The translations under genes and the position numbers were made by a program. This document shows, one piece after another, positions 48,665 through 63,110 of a stretch of DNA of 64,000 nt. The notes below the pieces were generated by a model. It ran no database searches, was not told the DNA's origin, and worked only from the letters and a program-made list of their open reading frames with translations. Location: NCBI GenBank assembly GCA_964247055.1, contig OZ176053.1:6200001-6264000 (forward strand), read 5' to 3'. Numbering within the stretch: the stretch's first letter is position 1; the number at the start of each line of letters is the position of its first letter. The DNA comes from Paragordius varius. Lineage: Eukaryota > Animalia > Nematomorpha.

Positions 48665-49546
48665 CACTTCGGTTCAATTTGGGGTATCTAAATACCCCAG
48701 ACTAAATTTGAGTTAGGATTTTTAAAAACTACTGAAGGAAACGGTCCCAATTTGAATTTATGATTCTATCCTAATAAAAATTATATAAATATTCCAAAAT
48801 ATCTAAATAAAATTTTGTTTGGAAAAGAAGTTCCATGTCAAAGTACTTCGACGCCATTTTTTTACAAAATTTGCGCAAAATATCGTCTTCATTTGATTTT
48901 AAGGGTAGATAAAGCTAAATTTTTATTTAAATTACATCTAACATTGATAGAAATAGAAAAAGCGGGTTGTTTTGTATTATTTTTCAATTTTACCATACAC
49001 ATTTCACGTTGACTAAATTTTTACCTTTCGGTTTTAGCTTAAAAAAAGTAATATCAGCAAAATTATGGGGTCGCGAGGGATAAAAACACATTTTAACAAA
49101 AAATATTTTTTAATTTGTAATTATTGTTATAAAAAAATAACAATCCATAGATAAGTATATAAAATCATGGTTAAAGATTTTTAGTAATATTTGCATCAAA
49201 ACTTTGGCGTGTGTCTGCCCAGGTTGGATAGTAATGAAAAAAAATGTAGAAATTTAGAGTTCGATCTCAAAATATGTCAAATAATATTTTATTTTTAACC
49301 TGTGCCAAATATCCGACCATCCGTTTACCAATAGCCAAAGAATAACTGCTATTTAATCCTTTAGTCGTGTATTTTTGAATAAAATATTTTATATTATCCG
49401 GTTTATTAATGATATATAAGTGCAAAATTTTGCCATGATTTCGATTCCTTCCATATTTTATGAAGAATTAAATTAGAACAGGCCTGGGGTAATTAACTAC
49501 CCCAATTTGAATCGAAGGACTAAAATGAATGTGTTATATCCAAGTG
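48665..49546 (-). mobile_element. piggyBac-type MITE copy in reverse orientation with a ~0.3-kb internal insert, itself inserted into another repeat
   Basis: TTAA (48661-64)|CACTTCGGTTC ... ATCCAAGTG|TTAA (49547-50). The flanks rejoin to match the uninterrupted host repeat at ~1520-1560 (reverse complement AGTCCCAAATTTTTGGCTCTTTTAAAGTGC), an empty TTAA site. Confidence 0.8.
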
Positions 49547-52500
49547 TTAAATAAGCTAGCCCTCTTAAAATAAATGCAAAATGCAGCGCGATAAAATTTT
49601 GAATAATTGCTAAATTTTTATATCAACTGAAAATATTTTTAAAAAAAATGCATATATGTTTCAAAATTCAATTTTTAGCAAAAATTTTTTGAAGCGTACT
49701 TTATACTATTTTTAGTCATTATGAGAACGGTGTAAACGTTTTGAAATATCATAAAAACATATATAATTCGATGATGCTGTGCCAAAACTTAATTTTATTT
49801 AGATATTTTAGTTTATTTATATAATTTTTATAGGATAAATGCATGAATTTAAATTGGAACCGTTTCTTTCAGTAATTTTTAAATATCAATTTAAATATTG
49901 TCTGAGGTACTAAATACCCAAATTTGAATCGAAGTGTTAAATTAAAACTCTGGGGCGATTGGGGTTTTGGACGTAACATGTTGTTAGACATCTGTGAGAG
50001 CTGATGAAGAGTTCTGTAATATTTTTATATAATTTATGTAGACAAGTAAGTCTTCTCGTTTCCTAGTTTCTTTCATTAGGGCTACCATAGTCGGTTTTTT
50101 CTATGTATCTGCTCTCGTCGCTATGTATTTGAGTAGATTTTATAAAGTTAGTTTTTAAGTTTTTTTTTATTTTTTGATCCTAATGTATATATATAGCGTA
50201 TATCTAAATCATAAATTGGCATTGTTTTTCTTGTATCCAGTTTTAGTATGGGTAAATTTGTTAATGTTACTAAAAAAATTTCATTCATTAAATTTACATC
50301 AACTTAACCACTATATTTTTATACCAGTTTTTTTGCATTTTTTAGGGACTTGGGGCCAAAAGTTTTTAGGATATATTTATAATTTACAATTTCATAAATA
50401 TTTTTGACTAATGCCTAAAACACTGGTACTCACCAAAAAAATTGACGGGCCGAACAAAATTATTTTTTTATCTCAAGGGCGACAATTATATAGTATCGAA
50501 AAAAATTGCATTATATATGCTAATGCTTATATAATAAATCAGTATATTAAGATTTTTTGCGGATTCTAAACGAATATTATTGACATCCTCCATAAAATGG
50601 ATACATTTTAATGGTAACCAATAATTTACCGTTGTATCCCTTTTTTAAGATATTTAATTTTTGAATATCGATGTAAGTTGAGAAACAATAAGGCTAACTT
50701 CAGCGCATTTTTTTGATAGCTATATAGCACATCTTGTCAAAACTTAATATAATCCTTTGCGGTTTCCTTTTGATATTCTTTTAAACTGGAATCTTATGAT
50801 AGATCACTTCTCCAACATGCGCATTATCTAGTCCAAGCATTATAATCAAAGAAAAATCCGGAAATTCTTTTCATATATTTTATGATTGAGTAATTGCCGA
50901 ATCAATAAATTTTTTTAATACTAAAAAATAAATAATTATTGATTACATTTTTTTGAAAAAATATTTCTAAGCAATCAAAAAAATTAATTTTAATTCAGGA
51001 CCATAAATAGCACTTTTAGAGCCGCCGTGGGCCGCTGTTTGAGCATCACTGGCCCAAAAGGTCATAGGATGCATATTTTAAAATTTGGACCAATATAATT
51101 ACATTTATTAATAATCATTTGAGTCGTATAAATTCATTACTGGCTACATGGTATTTGATCATATCAGTTTATTAAAATGTTATATACATTCTTAATCTTT
51201 TATATTGTGGAAACATTTACTTTTTATTCTTTGTAAAATATATTCGAACTTGTTTTTTGCTTTTGATTCTGTCGTAGCGAAGCGTTTTGCTACACAATAT
51301 AGCTCTTTCCTACCAGACTAACCATTACACTAGACAACAAATTCTTCTGCCACTCTAGTTTTTTGCATTTATAATTACTATCATTTTAACAGTAAATCTG
51401 AAATAAAAATAAAATTTGACCCAAGAATTTTTTATAATTTGGTATTTTGATTATACGCCCTCTTTATCATATTTTACTAAAAAATGTCCCCATTCGTAAT
51501 ATATCCTTCGAAAGAGCTATAAAAACTCTATAAAATGTATACTAATAGGTTTTACATCGATAGTTAATATTGAAATAGGAAGCGACAAACGCGCGAAGCG
51601 GGAGCGTTTTTCTATATATATTTTTAAAACTAATGGATGAAAATAGCTCAAACTTTCTCTAAATGGCAATGAATTTCCAAAAAAGATAACACAATAAGTT
51701 TTTTTCGATTTAAGCACTTATAAAATGCTTTTATGTCATCAAAAGAGCCATTTTAAGTTTTTCGTTTTTTAAAAAATTACCATCTCATCAATATTAATTT
51801 ATTTTCTTTAGGAGGCTTATAATTTCAAAATTTCAAAGACTAAAAACAAAGTTTTAGTTTTGATCTTTTTAACGATTATGTAATAAATTTATAGTTATAA
51901 CTATGCATTTTATTATCCACAAGGTAATATCATTTTCATAATAATACTTTTTATGAAAATAAGAAAACCAAAAAAGCTTTTTCAAAGATTTTTTTTATAA
52001 TTTTATATTAATGTAACCCTAATAATTATATTAAAATAATTTATATGATTTTTAAATTAGTTTGGTGAAAATTTTTGACTTATTTAAGGGTTGAAAGTTT
52101 CTACCATATAAACCCAAATAACTTTTACATTGATTTATTTAAATGACTATCATTCGAAAGATAGTTTTTCACACTCTTTCGAATGATATAAAATACACGG
52201 ATCTATATCGAAAATTTAATTTTGTAAATTTTGAGGTTAGTGTTGAATCAGCGCCAAAAATTATCGATAAACCCTAATAAAAAAATCCTATGTTAGACCA
52301 ATTTTTTTTCATATATACTATTTATGTATTTTAATGAAATAAATTTTAAATTTATGACACTTAGAAAAAGTCATAATTTGTCTAGTGTTATGCACTTTCA
52401 AACCATTGCTATGACCTAAATAATTTAGTTTAACTTATATGACTTAACCAGAATATTTAAAGCTTATTTCTAAATATACCGTCTTGTTTTTAGCCCAAAA

Positions 52501-52741
52501 CTATTTAAAAGAGTGTTTTCCAATAAAAATTTGCGAAAGGAATGGCTAGAAATTATAAAATATTTTTTAATCATTAATACACCTTAACATGTTACCCTAA
52601 TAATTGTAAATATACATTAAATCATATACATTATTTATTTTTGATTCAATTTTTAAATACATCAAAAATTATGACTGTATCTTTTAGTGTAACATTACTC
52701 TGATAATTATAATAATATAGTGACATAAATTTTACACATCA

Positions 52742-55700
52742 TCATCCGAATTTGGAACGAGCTAACGATAATTTTCGTACTTTAGGTTTTTTTGCTCGCT
52801 CTTTTGAGACGGCTGATCTTGTGAATATGTTACGGAAGGCATTTGTAAATTTGCTATTGCACATTGCATACAGGAAAGGATTCATGGTGGAATTGATGTA
52901 ACCAAGCCAGGTGAACGTTACTCGAACGTTATTGCTTACGCAATCCTCACAAAACGGTATTATCATAAACATAACAAAGTATGGCAGCCAACAAGCGATA
53001 AATGCACCCATGATTACGCCGAGTTGCTTGGCAGCCTTTTTCTCCTTGAAGAGTATGCGACTCTTTTCTTTTTGTTCATCGTTCATTTGTTGTAGCTTTC
53101 GTTTGTATGTGGCAGAAGCTTTATAGTATGGTAGGGGTAAGAGATGGTTGAATGAATTGGAAAATTTTTCACATTTCTTCATAGTTTTAATTTTTATGTT
53201 GGAATAACTTTGGGTAAATTTGTTACTTTTGATGCGTCTCCGTGCTTCCTCGACCCCGGGTGAGAATGTCATAGTTGTGGCATCGAACCCGGATAAACTC
53301 TCATCATCACTATCGTAACTCCTTTCAAATCTAGTCATGGTCGTATTAGTGTTTTCGAGCGGTCGCCTTTTATATGATGGCCATTTCATGTTTGTCCGCT
53401 CAGATTGTGGACTTGTGTTATGTTTTTCAGTTTCCCCTTTCATTGTTTTCAGGGAAAGGGTCGAAGGTGATTTGTTCATTTCTCTTTTTATTTTAGTTCC
53501 TTTTCGCCAAAACAATTTAAGCGCCAGTTTAGGGATTTGTTTTAAGGGAGATATTTTAGGTATATTTTTGCGTTGTTTCATTCTCTGTTCCAACATGACT
53601 TTCATAGCTGTAGACCGGTTCCATCTCTCATCATTTTTTATCGTATAATTTTTCCAGAGATTTGTAGTTGCAGCCTCTTTTTTGGCCAATCTTTTAGTTT
53701 TTCTTAAAGTTTTGCGAGAGAAATTGCTGTTATGACTAAAGTTGATATCTGAAGGGTATTGAGACGTGGTGGCTACATTTTGTTCATCATAATATGTAGG
53801 AGAATGGGCAAAACGCATATGACTAGATGTGGATTTGATTAATGAAATGGATGACTTTTGCGGGCATGGAATGTCTGCGATTTGTTTATATAAATTATCA
53901 TCCTTGTTGGTAATAATGTTTTTAGGTGAGATATTGTTATTATCCACATAATTTATATATATAATGACTGGACTAGCTTCTTCGATCGTTTTAGCATGTA
54001 TATTTTCACTGCTTATACTTTTCAAATCAACACCGTTGGATTCACTTGGATAATCCAAACTTAGCTCTTCAAATATAATTTTATCAAATATAGATACACA
54101 GGAATTAAACTTTTTAATTTGACTACCATTTCTTCTAGCTTGGAAAAAGGGTGTAAAAGTTAAGGTATTTTGTTCTTTTAATCTAGAACTAGTCTGAAAT
54201 AGAGATGGTTTATTTGAGCCTAAAGTCACCATATATGAATCATCTTGAAAGACGGATGTTTTTTTCACCAGTGATAAAGCATATATTTTGTTGATATCCG
54301 TTTGATGAGTCTCACATAATTGCGTCGAAGATACCCATGCTTTTTCACCATTGTTCACAGTTTTATTACCATATTGATCGAGAGATGGTTTGATCGCATT
54401 AACATTTAGAGAGGATGTCGTAGATGAAAATGAATTATGAACAGTCATAACATTTTTCCGTTTTTTAGTTGTGGTGCCACGTTTATGATTTTTGAGGGTG
54501 GATACATCAGTCGTAACCATTTTATAGGGACGATTAGGGACACTCAAATTACCATTTTTTGTAATCATTTGGCTACTTTTCAACATAAGTCCCGGGGAGG
54601 TTAAAGCAGATGCATTCGTTAATTTGGATTCGAGTTCTGTGCGCTGTTTAATGGCTAAGTAGATACGAAAGTATAGGGCAAGCATGAGAATGGCAGGAAT
54701 GTAAAAATTTATTAATGCAGTTATAATTTTCAAAGCCATAACATTCGCAAATTCCGTATCACATTCTATTGGTGCGGTGGGTGATGTGCTCATCCCAACC
54801 GACATTGGGGAACGTAATAAAGGGTTTGTAGGATCAGTCTCATTATTTTGCGTAAAAGTTGGTATAAATTCGGAAATATTAAGGTTGGATGCACCATATG
54901 TTATGTAAGTTGACTGATTTAGTATAGGTAATATATTAAATGTTTTACTAATGTTATTATAGTCATGATTGATATTAGTTATCTTACTATTATTTATTAT
55001 GCGATCGATTGACATACTTGACGAAAAGGTATAATTAAAAGTTTTATTTGTGTCCGAATTCGTTAGGTTTTTTATAAACGTTTGCTCCTCTTCACTATCA
55101 TTAAAATTATTGTTAGTTGACATTGATTTAGTGTTTGGGGTTAAAATGTCTATCTGTGACATATTTACAACGGTTATTTTTATCAATTCCTTTCTATCTG
55201 CTGTTTCTCGTTTATCCCGTATATGTCCCATTCCTGCCCCAAACAGATGTTCGCTAACTTTAGGAATTATAAATTTTATAATGTCCGAATTTTGAGCATT
55301 GATTGTGTTAGGCAACACTTCTATAGTTTTATATTTGTAATGATGTACGATTGGGGTATTGGGATATATTTTATCGTGAATAGCATTCCACCAAATTATG
55401 GGGATTATCCAAAAGGCTGATGTAATCCAAGCCGGAAATATCATAATTAAAGCTCTGCGTCGGGTCCTTTTCTTAAGATATTTCAATGGGGAAATAATTG
55501 ACCAGTATCGATCCAAACTCAAAATGAATAGGTTGAAAATGGATGCGGTACTTGCTGTGTAATCCATACTAAGCCATATTTTGCAAAAGACACTTCCAAA
55601 CATCCATTGATTTGATAAGAGGTAGATGACACTAACTGGCATTACAAATATGCCCAGAATGAGATCGGCTATTGCAAGGCTCATGATAAACAAATTGCTG

Positions 55701-58700
55701 ACCTATATATCAAAATATAAATAAATATTACAAGTTTTGCGATTTTCCGATATTCTTTTATGGCTAACAAATATAAAATTTTGGCCTGTTTATTTGTATA
55801 AAACATATATCATGGGAACCATATAGGCATCCATTTGAACATCGAATATATATAAATGGGTCTCTCCATTTCACAATGCCATTAGTTCAAAAAATGATAA
55901 ATATTTTTTTAAAGTTAAAAAATTCTCAAATAAATAATTAATTAAGCAAGTGCAAAACCTATGATTGTAAAACCCTTCTTACATTGGCACTACTTTCGAA
56001 TTTTGTATTTGCAATTCATTAAAATTTGGCTACTACCAATATATTAATAAAATAATTTTCAAAAAAAACTTTACAAAAATTGCTTTCTATACAAATCAAT
56101 CATATTTTATATATATATTTAATAAATGTGACAAATTAACAATGTGAATTTCCCCACACTTATATGTAAATGTACTTTAAATGCATGATGAATAAGAATT
56201 AATCTATTTTATCCATTATTTCTAGCATTTGCTTATTGTATATGTTGTATCCAAAATTTTTACATGTGTGTGATTTTCAAATCAATAAATTTTTCGACAG
56301 GATTATTATGTGTACAGCATACACAATAATTAAATCTCTATCAATCTTCTATTTTTCAACAACAGATAAATTAAAAAAATTGCCAAAAAAGGTTAATTTA
56401 ACGCATGACTGATTGCTTTTTACAAATTTGTCGTTGAAGGGAAACACTGAAAACCAATTTAAACCTCGTATAATATAGATAAATGGTTCCTTCGATTCTT
56501 TATATAATAATAAAATTTACTGTGAAAATGGGAATTATTATCTAAACTGTTTTTTTTCCTTTTTTTAAAATCTCTCTTTAATAAGGCCAATAATTTCAAA
56601 TTGTTGGGTTTTACTTATAAGTATACTGAGCATGATTAAAAATAAAATTATTAATGTGATAAGTTTATTTCTTTTATATTAAAAACATAATATGTCATGG
56701 TCAATAATGTTTTCAAGTTTTGATGTTGTAAGATAGAGAAGCACACACTAACTTTTAGGACCGGATGGGTAGCGTTAAGATATTGAAAAAACTAAGAAAT
56801 CTGTAATCATTATTTTGTTTGCGTTACTTTTTTATAGTATTAATTGTTTAAAAAATTTTATTTTAGCATATAAATGCATTTTAAGGCGTTTGTTATATTT
56901 AGCACAAAGAAATTAATAAAATATGCCAAAAATTTGGTAAGAATATTTGGGATGAAAATAAATGTCTTTTCCAGCAACACCATTGGATTCACGGGCCGCA
57001 TTGGCAAAATATATGGGCATCAACAAATATTTTATTAGAGATTTTAAATATAAGACTGTAAAACTACTATTTATTTTGACATTTTTTTGCTAGTTCATTG
57101 TCAAAATATGGAAAGATTAATTTAAAAATTTTGTTTAACAAAATCAATTTTACTTAAATTTCGTAAATTTTTATAAATGAAATTTCTCATAAGTCGCGTG
57201 CGGCTCGCACCGCGTTTTGAGATCATAGTTTTACACTGGCTCTCCATTTTTTTGCACAAATTGTGAAACTATTTGGTTATCAAAAAGCAAAATTATGAAA
57301 CATTACTGATATTTTGAAATTGTAACTACTGAACAAAATCACTCACTTTTTTTTTAAATTTTTGCAGTGTAATACAGCTTTATAAAAAATTATTTAATAT
57401 TGCACGCTCAATTTTTATATATTTAAAAATCTGGCTCTTGCAATTTTAATGTTTAATATTTAAAATATTAGTTAAAATACAAGAATATTATATTTTTTTG
57501 ATATATTATTTAGCAACTCAGTTATTCAAAACCAGCTGACTATTGGAATTGGGTAATGGGTTTATTTTGTAGTTTCACCTATAATTTTTATTTCTGAAAC
57601 CTGGTGTTTTTACCTTAAATACGAAAAAATAGTCAATTTTTAAACTTTATTTTTTTTAGCCAATATTTTGGGTTAGCCTAGACCCAAACTTGTAAAAAGC
57701 AATGTTTGACTGTCCTTATTAAAATTAAATTATCAAACATTCTTCTGGTTTAAATAAAAAGGTTAGTATTGAAACAAACAGCTGATTTTAAAAAATGAAT
57801 ATAAAAGCTGATAAAATTTAATTGGAAAGCTTTCAAGTTAAGTACAAACATTTATTAACCATATATACATTTGTTTTATTGCATTAGCCAATGACCATTT
57901 GGGGTAATTTTATATCCCACAGCAAATTAAATTTCAACTTAAAAAGTATTTAAGTTAATTTAATATGCTTTCTTCAGACTTTAGGTGCATAGTACAAAAA
58001 TGTAAGATTCTATAAAAAATCCTTATCTCAAACTTTTTCACTATTTTTTTCTATAAATTTCTATATCGCTAATACAATTATTAAAAAGATGTGTACTATG
58101 GTTAGAATATTTAAATTATTAACTTTACTAAGCTTTTGGATTGCATTTTACCAGAAAAACTTGAAATTATTATTTAAAACCAGATGTTTAGTTCAATCCT
58201 GTTTGGAGCTGTCCCAGTTTTAGACTCTAAAAGTTACAAAACTGTAAAAAATATATGCTTTTTATTAAGGCAGGAGAACAATGTTTGATAATTATATTTT
58301 CACCGCGGACACAAAAGAAAGGTCAAGTGTTAAAAAATATAAAGAAGAAAATGGCGGGGAAAAGGTGTGATATAAGAAGTTGATTTTTGCATTGTTAAAT
58401 TTTAAATGCGCCTAAAAGGTTAAAGTACAGTTTTTGGCCCAATAACATACATAATTCTTAAGTTAGATATGTTTTATATCGTCTGGGGTTTAAATCCACT
58501 CTAAAAGGTTCGCAAAATCAGAAAGGAAGGTGTAAATTGACAACCCAATCAATTATATACATATTCTAATAATAAATATAATGCGGAAAAAATTAACGTT
58601 TAAATTATGGCTGTCCCTAGAAAAAAATATTTGTCTTTTAGTTAGTTACGTTTTTTCTTATAATTTTAATTTTACTGTGGATATAATCAATTAAAGAAAA

Positions 58701-60698
58701 ACAGGTATGAAGGAAGGTTTAATGTTGTCTAACATTCAATGCCATAAATTATTTTTGAATATATATGACAAATTCTTTAATTTTTTAACTAAAGCTAAGA
58801 TAAGATTTGGAGAGTCATCTTAACAATCATTATCAGGGAAAAATGAGCATGTTTGTAAAAATTGTTGTCCTGTTTAACTTAATCTTAGCAAAAGATCTAT
58901 GTGTGCTTTTTTCATTTTTTCTTTAAAGGATTATTTTATCATTATTATATATTTAATAATCAACCAGCATATTATATTCTGAATTAAATCTTAGTCTATT
59001 AAAAATTATAAAAGAAGAGGGTGACCATTACGATTTAGCAGTTTTATGCAAACAAAAAAACTGATAAAACTTTTTTGACAACCAAAATACACATAGTAAA
59101 TAGGAAAAGGCAAAACAAATTTTGAATAGTTGCTACAATATATGGCAGCTTGGTATCATTACAGTCCTCTGCAAAAGTTTCGCTTAAGTTTTTTGTTTGT
59201 TATATAAATTAACTTTGGTATATATTATTAGGCTTTTTCTTCTATTAGCACGAAACTTTCCAAGTTTAACCATCAAAGATGTGTCCAATCCTCGTTTGCA
59301 ATTATACAAGGCACACAAAATAACTAAAGGTCACAATTATATTTACGCAAAAAATGGAACTTAAAAAACTGCGTGATCATCCCTTACAATAAAAAACATG
59401 GATAATAAAATCAAATTTATATTGTCTAATTATACTGAAATAGGTCTTAAAAAATCTAATCATTTTAAAATCAGAAAAAAATGCTAGTTTACTGTTAACC
59501 GATATATTTAAATAAATTCTACTAGTTCTTTTAAAAAGCAAATACTTATATTATTAACAGCATTTTACCACCAAGTTTGAATAAGTTTTAATACAATGTT
59601 TCATTAAAATACAAAAAATATAAAGCTTAGCTTAGCATATTTATATTGGAAGTGTGCGACATTCGTAAGGTAGACATGCATCTCTTCATTATTTCAATAT
59701 TTTCAAAAGAGAAAAAAGAATATATATAATATTTTACCGTTTGTAGTTTGCGGTCTTTTTTAATGACATATATGACAAGGAAGTTCCCTAAAGCTGTAAG
59801 GACACACAGTATGAAAAGAAATATTCCAAGAGGGATTACCACTAACCAATCTATGGTGTTTCCACTTTGAGCAGTGATGCCTGACAAAATTTTTGGTGTA
59901 TTACTTTCTTCATTACTTTGATTTTGAAGAAAATGTGTTGGTTTTGCCAATGTAAAATTGTTTGAGGCATTCGAAACATTTTTATCTTTCAATAAAAGCG
60001 AATCATCCGGTAGTAAGAAATCTGTAAACGAAGTTGATGTTTGTAAGAATTGGTGAACCAATTTACGACGAATAACGGTATTTAGGGATTGGAAAAAATC
60101 TACTAGCAACATAATTGTTATTAAGATTAGATAAAGGTATACGGCTGTTTACGCACAAATTGTTTAATCCCTTGGATATGAGATCACGAATAATTTTTAT
60201 CCATTCCTCGGAATATTGCTTCGAGCAATTTGATGTAGTTATCTCCTTTATCAATAAATTTACATTGCATTTCAAATTCAACCAATGTTGATTATGTATA
60301 ATAATATACTTTGCTAATAACTGTTTAACTGGTAATGAAAATTTTCTTTCGTGGTATGGTATTTGAGATCCATAAATTATTATTTTCACATCAAAAATTA
60401 AGAAGCACAAGTGTATTATCACAACTGTAAAAAAATGACATATTTTGGTGTCATTGTTAACATGATCATAATAACTGATACTCTTTCTGGTTACTACATC
60501 CAAACTAAAATCATATATATCGAAATCTAAAACTTTATAAGAATATACAGATTTGATACCAAAATAGTTTTTGGATGTGTTAATAATTATTTTAACATTA
60601 TAATCGGATATTATCAATAATATTTTTTGATGATGCGTTGGTTTGTGATATGGAAGATTGATGATATTGATGCACAATAATAGGAAAGGAGAAATCAT
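52742..60698 (-). CDS. Class A aminergic GPCR, histamine H1 receptor-like; core exons 60112-59738 and 55702-52742 (1111 aa), probable extension 60698-60143 via a 40-nt intron (1293 aa)
   Basis: TM1 LGNFLVIYVI splices (ACG|GT...AG|GTC) to VSNLFIMSLAIADL. TM3 WLSMDYTASTASIFNLFILSLDRY, TM5 KIITALINFYIP, TM6 KAAKQLGVIMGAFIACWLPYF and TM7 WLGYINSTMNPFLY match human HRH1 (WLSMDYVASTASIFS, KVMTAIINFYLP, KAAKQLGFIM, WLGYINSTLNP). Orthology is not tested, so no symbol is given. Confidence 0.9.
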
Positions 60699-63110
60699 CG
60701 CCGAATCATAAATTTAGATTTATTGGGAGTGTGGTTTAGAGTTGGCCCTTATATGACTTCTTCTTTTTATGAGTCAAACAATATAATTTATTATTATTAT
60801 AGTGTAATGCGACATTTATAAATTTTGGGATATTCGCATTGTCGATAATATCTATTTTTTCCCCTCAGTTTGGAAAAGTGCAGAAAGAAAGTTTCGTGTA
60901 TAAAAATAAATTATTGTGTTTAGATCATTGGGAACGGAGAAATGAATCAGTTGTTTCGTACCGCTAAAACATATTAAAATATAATGATTAACAACTAATC
61001 CATTATTAATTATTATCCTTAATCTTATTAATATGAAAATAATTAACAAAAAACTACGATATTATCATTAAAATTTATATATATATTTATATTCATAAAC
61101 TTAATTATCAATATGACAATGCGGGTGCTGACACATAAATATTTTTTAGTTATGATGAAAAATAAAAGAATAGATATTCAAAAAAGATACATATATTGGA
61201 AAAATTGTAACTTCTTCAATAAATTATTGCTTCGTTTCGTGTGTTTGTGCTCTCAATAATATGTATTTAGATTAACTTTAAGATATTTACCAAAGATGAA
61301 AAAAATTCTACCAAGAAAATCAAGATTAATGACAAAAACAATTATATCGATGTAACTGGTTTTTCATTATTACTTTATTAGCCTTCGATAAAAAAGAAGT
61401 TTGGATATAATTGTTTTGAACCAACCAGTTAAATCTAAATCAGATATCACTTACAATCAGAGTTATATGCCATTTTTTTATAAAACAGTCTAATTTTCAG
61501 GATTTTTAACACAAAACAAGGGAAATAGGTTTCTCTTAGGTTAGTATCAAGATATACCATATAATTTTAATTATTTTTACTGGTTTATCAAATATCTCAT
61601 TGATGAGACACTTGGTATTTATATTATCTTCTATATACTTTTAAAATTGAAAATTAAATGGGAATATCCGATGTTATAAATTATTTGTCTTATTGTATTT
61701 TTTAGGTTTGTGAAATTGGAAAGGCCATCAAGCAGCATTGAAATATAAATTTTACAGAATGGCATTTCAGATTTCATTTTTTATGTCGTGCAAAAACTGA
61801 TTAAAAATAAATTATCAACGAAAATATAGAAACAATTATTATTACATATAGGATTATATGTATGAGACGAACGTCATTTTTAATTAAAATAAATATATAA
61901 ATTATTTCTTAATATAAGTAGTAAGTTAGTTTTATGCATAATTATTATAATATATAATAAATAATTTATATAAACTATATGTTTGCACAAGCACTATTCA
62001 GTTTTTTATATAATTAACTTGGACGCATGTAAAATGTTATGTTTGAAATAAATTTCTAGGAGGGTATGGACCCATTTAACCACAAAATACCTATAAATGT
62101 GCCCAAAGACCTATTTTTTCAATTATCACCTATGTTCGCTAAACCCTATGAAATTGGTTTCGTATACGTGCCCCTTAAAATTGTATCTTTGAAACATTTT
62201 TGAAAAAATTGATGGTGATTATTAAAATTAATGCCAGCATAATAGAGCCATTTTTAGTTAGCCCCTTCCTGTGTTCAGACCCCTTGTAAAATTTACGTTT
62301 TCGAAGGCCAACTGATTTTTTCGGTAAACTTATACCTCTATTCAATGATGACCCCATATTCCATTATCTGTAGGTCAATCATAACGAAATAACATAGTTG
62401 AATTTGCCCTTGTTATTACAACCCCCTTAAAATTCTTTGCAAAAGTCTTAAAATATGTTCAACTTATCGTCGAAAAAGCGTAAAAATCCTAGATATTTCC
62501 AATTATCATCCTTTTCAAGAAACAAATCTTTTGTTGAAATGTAGTATTTCCTCAATACATTCATCTATTTATATATTTATGAAAATGAGAAAGTGGGCAA
62601 TTTTGGGGAACTATGGGCTTATCATATAAAATAATGCGTAGTCGAGGGATTTTTCGGACCCCATTTTAGATAGCAGTTAGACGATATTATTAAACCTATT
62701 AACAATATTTGTCTGTGCTTTGATATTAAGAATATATCATTTGCATAATGGCACCAAATTTGGACTATAGGGATAGTAGTTACTATTTTGTTTAGGGTCA
62801 AATTGTTTTATTACTCCGTTTTATCTTTTGTTTATTGTTTAAAACTCCATGACCCTTTGGGGAAGTTTTATATACCAGAGCGATTTAAATGCGAATATCT
62901 TAAAAAGTATATAAGATATTAAGCCGAAATCAAAAATATGCTTTCTTTTGACTTTTAGGCGCATAATACATGAAAATCGTTTTAAAAAATGTAAAATTTC
63001 CTCCGCCATTTTTTGATCGCTAATGCAACAGGCAAATAAATGTATATTATGGAAAGAAAATTTAAATAATTAACTTAAAGCTTTCAAGCCACATTTTACC
63101 AGCCACTTAA

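Noticed and set aside
52911-55420. Plus-strand ORFs 52911-53126, 53337-53648, 55050-55295, 55223-55420
   Set aside because: Antisense shadows of the long GPCR exon, with no independent motifs.
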